From an uncultured bacterium (GTDB lineage Bacteria; Chloroflexota; UBA5177; JANWHV01): a stretch of DNA of 64,000 nucleotides. Below are positions 59,897 through 64,000 of this stretch, in pieces; the stretch's first letter is position 1; every line of letters starts with the position of its first letter. The notes below the pieces were generated by a model. That model made no database searches. It saw only the letters and a program-made list of their open reading frames with translations, and had not been told where the DNA came from. The translations under genes and the position numbers were made by a program. The stretch is from positions 878,534 to 942,533 of the forward strand of contig CAVSOU010000011.1 of the NCBI GenBank assembly GCA_963729625.1. The letters run 5' to 3'.

Positions 59897-62800
59897 CTAG
59901 AAGTGCCAGGACACCGGTTTGTCCGTGTAGACGAAGTAGCCTTGCCCGGGTTGGATCCAGAAGTGGTTACCCTTTGCCTTGCTGCCGCTGTAGATCGCCG
60001 GGAGCCAGGAGGTGCCCGTGGCGGTGACGGTGAATTCCTCCACTGCTGCGTATGTGCCGCCCGACTCGCCGATCAGGTCGTTGAGGAACGTCCAGGAGTC
60101 GACCTGGCTGCCGCCGGTGGGTGCATCGGGGAAGCCCACCAGGTTCCAGCTCGTCGTCAAGCTGAGCGCGCCGGCCGGAACAGGCGTGCCGCTCACGGTG
60201 ATCGTTCCCGCCAGGTCGGAGTACAGGAAGTAGCCCTGCCGCGGCACAATGTTGAAGCTCGTGGGGCTGATTTTGCCGCTCGAGTCGTTGGTCACCAGCC
60301 ACGAGGCCGGTGGGCCGGGGCTATATGCTTCCACGATGGCGTGCGCCCCGCCGGTCTGAGCCAGCACGCCGGCCACGAATGTCTTTGAGGTCAGTGCCGT
60401 CGCCGGTGAGAGCGGCAGGCTGATCAGATTCCAGCCGGATTGCAGCGTTATGGTCGCGCTGGCCGGGTTGACGGTAAGCGTGCCGTTCACATACGTGATG
60501 CTGTAGTTAAGGTCCGCCGCGCCCGAGCAGGTGGTGGGGAAGGTGCCTAGGGCCAGGCCCGTGGCGGTCGTCCCGCAACTCGGCGCCGTGGTCAGGGAAG
60601 TCGCGCTGTCGCCGTTCACGAAGCCGGCATAGCCGGCCGTGATCGTCGGCACCGTGCCGCCCGCGATCATGGTGGAGCTGCTCGCCGTGACCGTCAGCGG
60701 CGCCTTCCCGACGTTGATCTCCACACTCCCGCTCGCCGGGTTGTAGTCCTGCGTGTCCGTCGGCGTGAACGTCACCGCCAGCGTCTGCCCACTCCCAGCG
60801 TTCAGCACCGTCCCCGCCGCCGGGTTGTACACAAACGTCCCCGCCACGTCCTTGCCGCTAAACGTGGCCGTCGCATTCAGCTGCGTCCCGTCCAGCGCCG
60901 TCCCGTACCCGATGTCCGAAGGCGCCGTCCAGGTAATCGTCACCCCCGCCATGCTGATGGTCAGCGTGCCCTCGGTGCTCGTCACCGCGTAGTTGCTCAG
61001 CCGGCTATCCGGATCCACCAGCGTCGGCACGATCGGATAGCTGCCTGCCGCTCCCGTCGCTACACTGGCGTACTGGGCCGTGATGTTGTCCTTGTTCACT
61101 ACCCCCAGCAGCACGCCCGTGTACGCCGGCAGCGCGTCCCCATACGTGATCCCCTTGTTGTCGGCCGTGACCGTCAGCGGCGCCTTCCCGACGTTGATCT
61201 CCACACTCCCGCTCGCCGGGTTGTAGTCCTGCGTGTCCGTCGGCGTGAAGGTCACCGCCAGCGTCTGCCCACTCCCAGCGTCCAGCACCGTCCCCGCCGC
61301 CGGGTTGTACACAAACGTCCCCGCCACGTCCTTGCCGCTAAACGTGGCCGTCGCATTCAGCTGCGTCCCGTCCAGCGCCGTCCCGTACCCGATGTCCGAA
61401 GGCGCCGTCCAGGTAATCGTCACCCCCGCCATGCTGATGGTCAGCGTGCCCTCGGTGCTCGTCACCGCGTAGTTGCTCAGCCGGCTATCCGGATCCACCA
61501 GCGTCGGCACGATCGGATAGCTGCCTGCCGCTCCCGTCGCTACACTGGCGTACTGGGCCGTGATGTCGTCCTTGTTCACTACCCCCAGCAGCACGCCCGT
61601 GTACGCCGGCAGCGCGTCCCCATACGTGATCCCCTTGTTGTCGGCCGTGACCGTCAGCGGCGCCTTCCCGACGTTGATCTCCACACTCCCGCTCGCCGGG
61701 TTGTAGTCCTGCGTGTCCGTCGGCGTGAACGTCACCGCCAGCGTCTGCCCACTCCCAGCGTTCAGCACCGTCCCCGCCGCCGGGTTGTACACAAACGTCC
61801 CTGCCACGTCCTTGCCACCAAATGTGGCCGTCGCATTCAGCTGCGTCCCGTCCAGCGCCGTCCCGTACCCGATGTCCGAAGGCGCCGTCCAGGTAATCGT
61901 CACCCCCGCCATGCTGATGGTCAGCGTGCCCTCGGTGCTCGTCACCGCGTAGTTGCTCAGCCGGCTATCCGGATCCACCAGCGTCGGCACGATCGGATAG
62001 CTGCCTGCCGCTCCCGTCGCTACACTGGCGTACCTGGGCCGTGATGTCGTCCTTGTTCACTACCCCCAGCAGCACGCCCGTGTACGCCGGCAGCGCTCCC
62101 CCGGGTCATACGTGATCCCCTTGTTGTCGGCCGTGACCGTCAGCGGCGCCTTCCCACGTTGATCTCCACACTCCCGCTCGCCGGGTTGTAGTCCTGCGTG
62201 TCCGTCGGCGTGAAGGTCACCGCCAGCGTCTGCCCACTCCCAGCGTTCAGCACCGTCCCCGCCGCCGGGTTGTACACAAACGTCCCCGCCACGTCCTTGC
62301 CGCTAAACGTGGCCGTCGCATTCAGCTGCGTCCCGTCCAGCGCCGTCCCGTACCCGATGTCCGAAGGCGCCGTCCAGGTAATCGTCACCCCCGCCATGCT
62401 GATGGTCAGCGTGCCCTCGGTGCTCGTCACCGCGTAGTTGCTCAGCCGGCTATCCGGATCCACCAGGTGGCACGATCGGACAGCTGCCTGCCGGTCCCGG
62501 CGCTACACTGGCGACTGGGCAGTGACGTCGCGCTTCGCCGTTCACAACCTCCAGCAGCTCGCCCCTATACGCCGGCACGCTCCCCTCGGGTCATACGTGA
62601 TCCTCTCGTTGTCGGCCGTGATCGTCAGCGGCGCCTTCACCGTGATCTCCACACTCCCGCTCGCCGGGTTGTAGTCCTGCGTGTCCGTCGGCGTGAAGTC
62701 ACCGCCAGCGTCTGCGTCCCAGCCGCCAGCACCGTCCCCGCCGCCGGGTTGTACACCAGCCTGCCGTCGCCACATGTGGCTCGCATTCAGCTGCGTCCCG

Positions 62801-64000
62801 TCCAGCGCCGTCCCGTAGGTAATCGCCGCCGGCGCCGCCCACGTCAGCACGGAGCCGGCCGGGTTGATCAGCAGACTGCCGTCCACGTACGTGATGCTGT
62901 AGTTGGCGTCTACCGCTCCGGAACACGAGGTGGCGAAGGTGCCCGCTTCCATGCCCGGTGCGGCGGAGCTGCACGTCGGCACCGTGGTCAGAGACGTCGC
63001 GCTGTCGCCGTTCACGAACGTCGCGTAGCTCGGCACAATGGCCGGCACGCTCCCCTTCGGGTCGTAGGTGATCGTCGCGCTGCTCGCCGTGATCGCCAGC
63101 GGCGCCGGATTCCCCGTGATGCTCACGTCCATGCTCGCCGCGTTGTAGTCCTTCGTGTCCGTCGGCGTGAAGTCGACGTGCAGTTTCTGCGTCCCAGCCG
63201 CAAGCACCGTCCCCGCAGCCGGTGTGTACACCAGCTTGCCGTCGACACTGCTGCTGGCATCCAGCTGCGTCCCGTCCAGCGCCGTCCCGTAGGTAATCGC
63301 CGCCGGCGCCGCCCACGTCAGCACGGAGCCGGCCGGGTTGATCAGCAGACTGCCGTCCAGGTACGTGATGCTGTAGTTGGCGTCTACCGCTCCGGAACAC
63401 GAGGTGGCGAAGGTGCCGCTCCATGCCCGGTGCGGCGGAGCTGCACGTCGGCACCGTGGTCAGAGACGTCGCGCTGTCGCCGTTCACGAACGTCGCGTAG
63501 CTCGGCACAATGGCCGGCACGCTCCCCTTCGGGTCGTAGGTGATCGTCGCGCTGCTCGCCGTGATCGTCAGCGGCGCCGGATTCACCGTGATGCTCACGT
63601 CCATGCTCGCCGCGTTGTAGTCCTTCGTGTCCGTCGGCGTGAAGTCGACGTGCAGTTTCTGGTCCCAGCCGCAAGCACCGTCCCCGCAGCCGGTGTGTAC
63701 ACCAGCTTGCCGTCGACACTGCTGCTGGCATCCAGCTGCGTCCCGTCCAGCGCCGTCCCGTAGGTAATCGCCGCCGGCGCCGCCCACGTCAGCACGGAGC
63801 CGGCCGGGTTGATCAGCAGACTGCCGTCCACGTACGTGATGCTGTAGTTGGCGTCTACCGCTCCAGAACACGAGGTGGCGAAGGTGCCCGCTTCCATGCC
63901 CGGTGCGGCGGAGCTGCACGTCGGCCCCGTGGTCAGAGACGTCGCGCTGTCGCCGTTCACGAACGTCGCGTAGCTCGGCACAATGGCCGGCACGCTCCCC
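59897..64000 (-). CDS. Large MBG/Ig-repeat adhesin-like protein (5'-partial, frameshifted at 62030-63660) with C-terminal GWNL...PGQGY repeats
   Basis: Repeated [16 protein letters not shown] and KAPLTVTA...Y..GTL units; C-terminal [22 protein letters not shown] and PRQGYF/PGQGYF. Confidence 0.82.
60686..62470 (-). repeat. 480-bp tandem repeat (160 aa), about 3.7 copies
   Basis: Near-identical blocks at 60721, 61201 and 61681 (480-bp period), with a noisier fourth copy near 62160. Confidence 0.93.
62750..64000 (-). repeat. Second tandem repeat type of about 470-475 bp, at least 2.6 copies
   Basis: gtacgtgatgctgtagttggcgtctaccgctcc at 62887, 63361 and 63832. Confidence 0.88.

Overview
High-GC bacterial chromosomal window. 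A monoderm host such as Chloroflexota is inferred from gene content and is not proven. Scattered single-base indels, often in G/C runs, suggest an imperfectly polished long-read assembly. The left half (1-30 kb) is mixed accessory and housekeeping DNA: the 3' end of an RHS/YD-repeat gene, a collapsed SGNH hydrolase, a FecR/beta-helix protein, hydrolases, a stand-alone ftsZ, a cold-shock gene, ackA, a dnaA without dnaN, hicAB, divergent panC/panB and an HTH-PAS-GGDEF-EAL protein. The right half (about 30-64 kb) is a cyclic-dinucleotide-controlled exopolysaccharide and surface island. It carries a UDP-hexose 4-epimerase, pelD-pelE-pelF-pelG and yvcK/glmR, with no pelA, pelB or pelC. In their place are two GH114 (Ega3-like) hydrolases and a giant Agd3/CE18-like deacetylase-adhesin, which resemble the fungal galactosaminogalactan toolkit. 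The island also encodes duplicated clan GH-A hydrolases, an uncharacterised Trp-rich module present three times, and MBG-repeat adhesins. Four cyclic-dinucleotide riboswitch elements lie within about 8 kb: an intact GEMM-I with the A20 (cGAMP-type) signature, a GEMM-I truncated by an IS110 remnant, and an intact plus a decayed c-di-GMP-II on a duplicated promoter-leader. No rRNA, tRNA or CRISPR array was seen.
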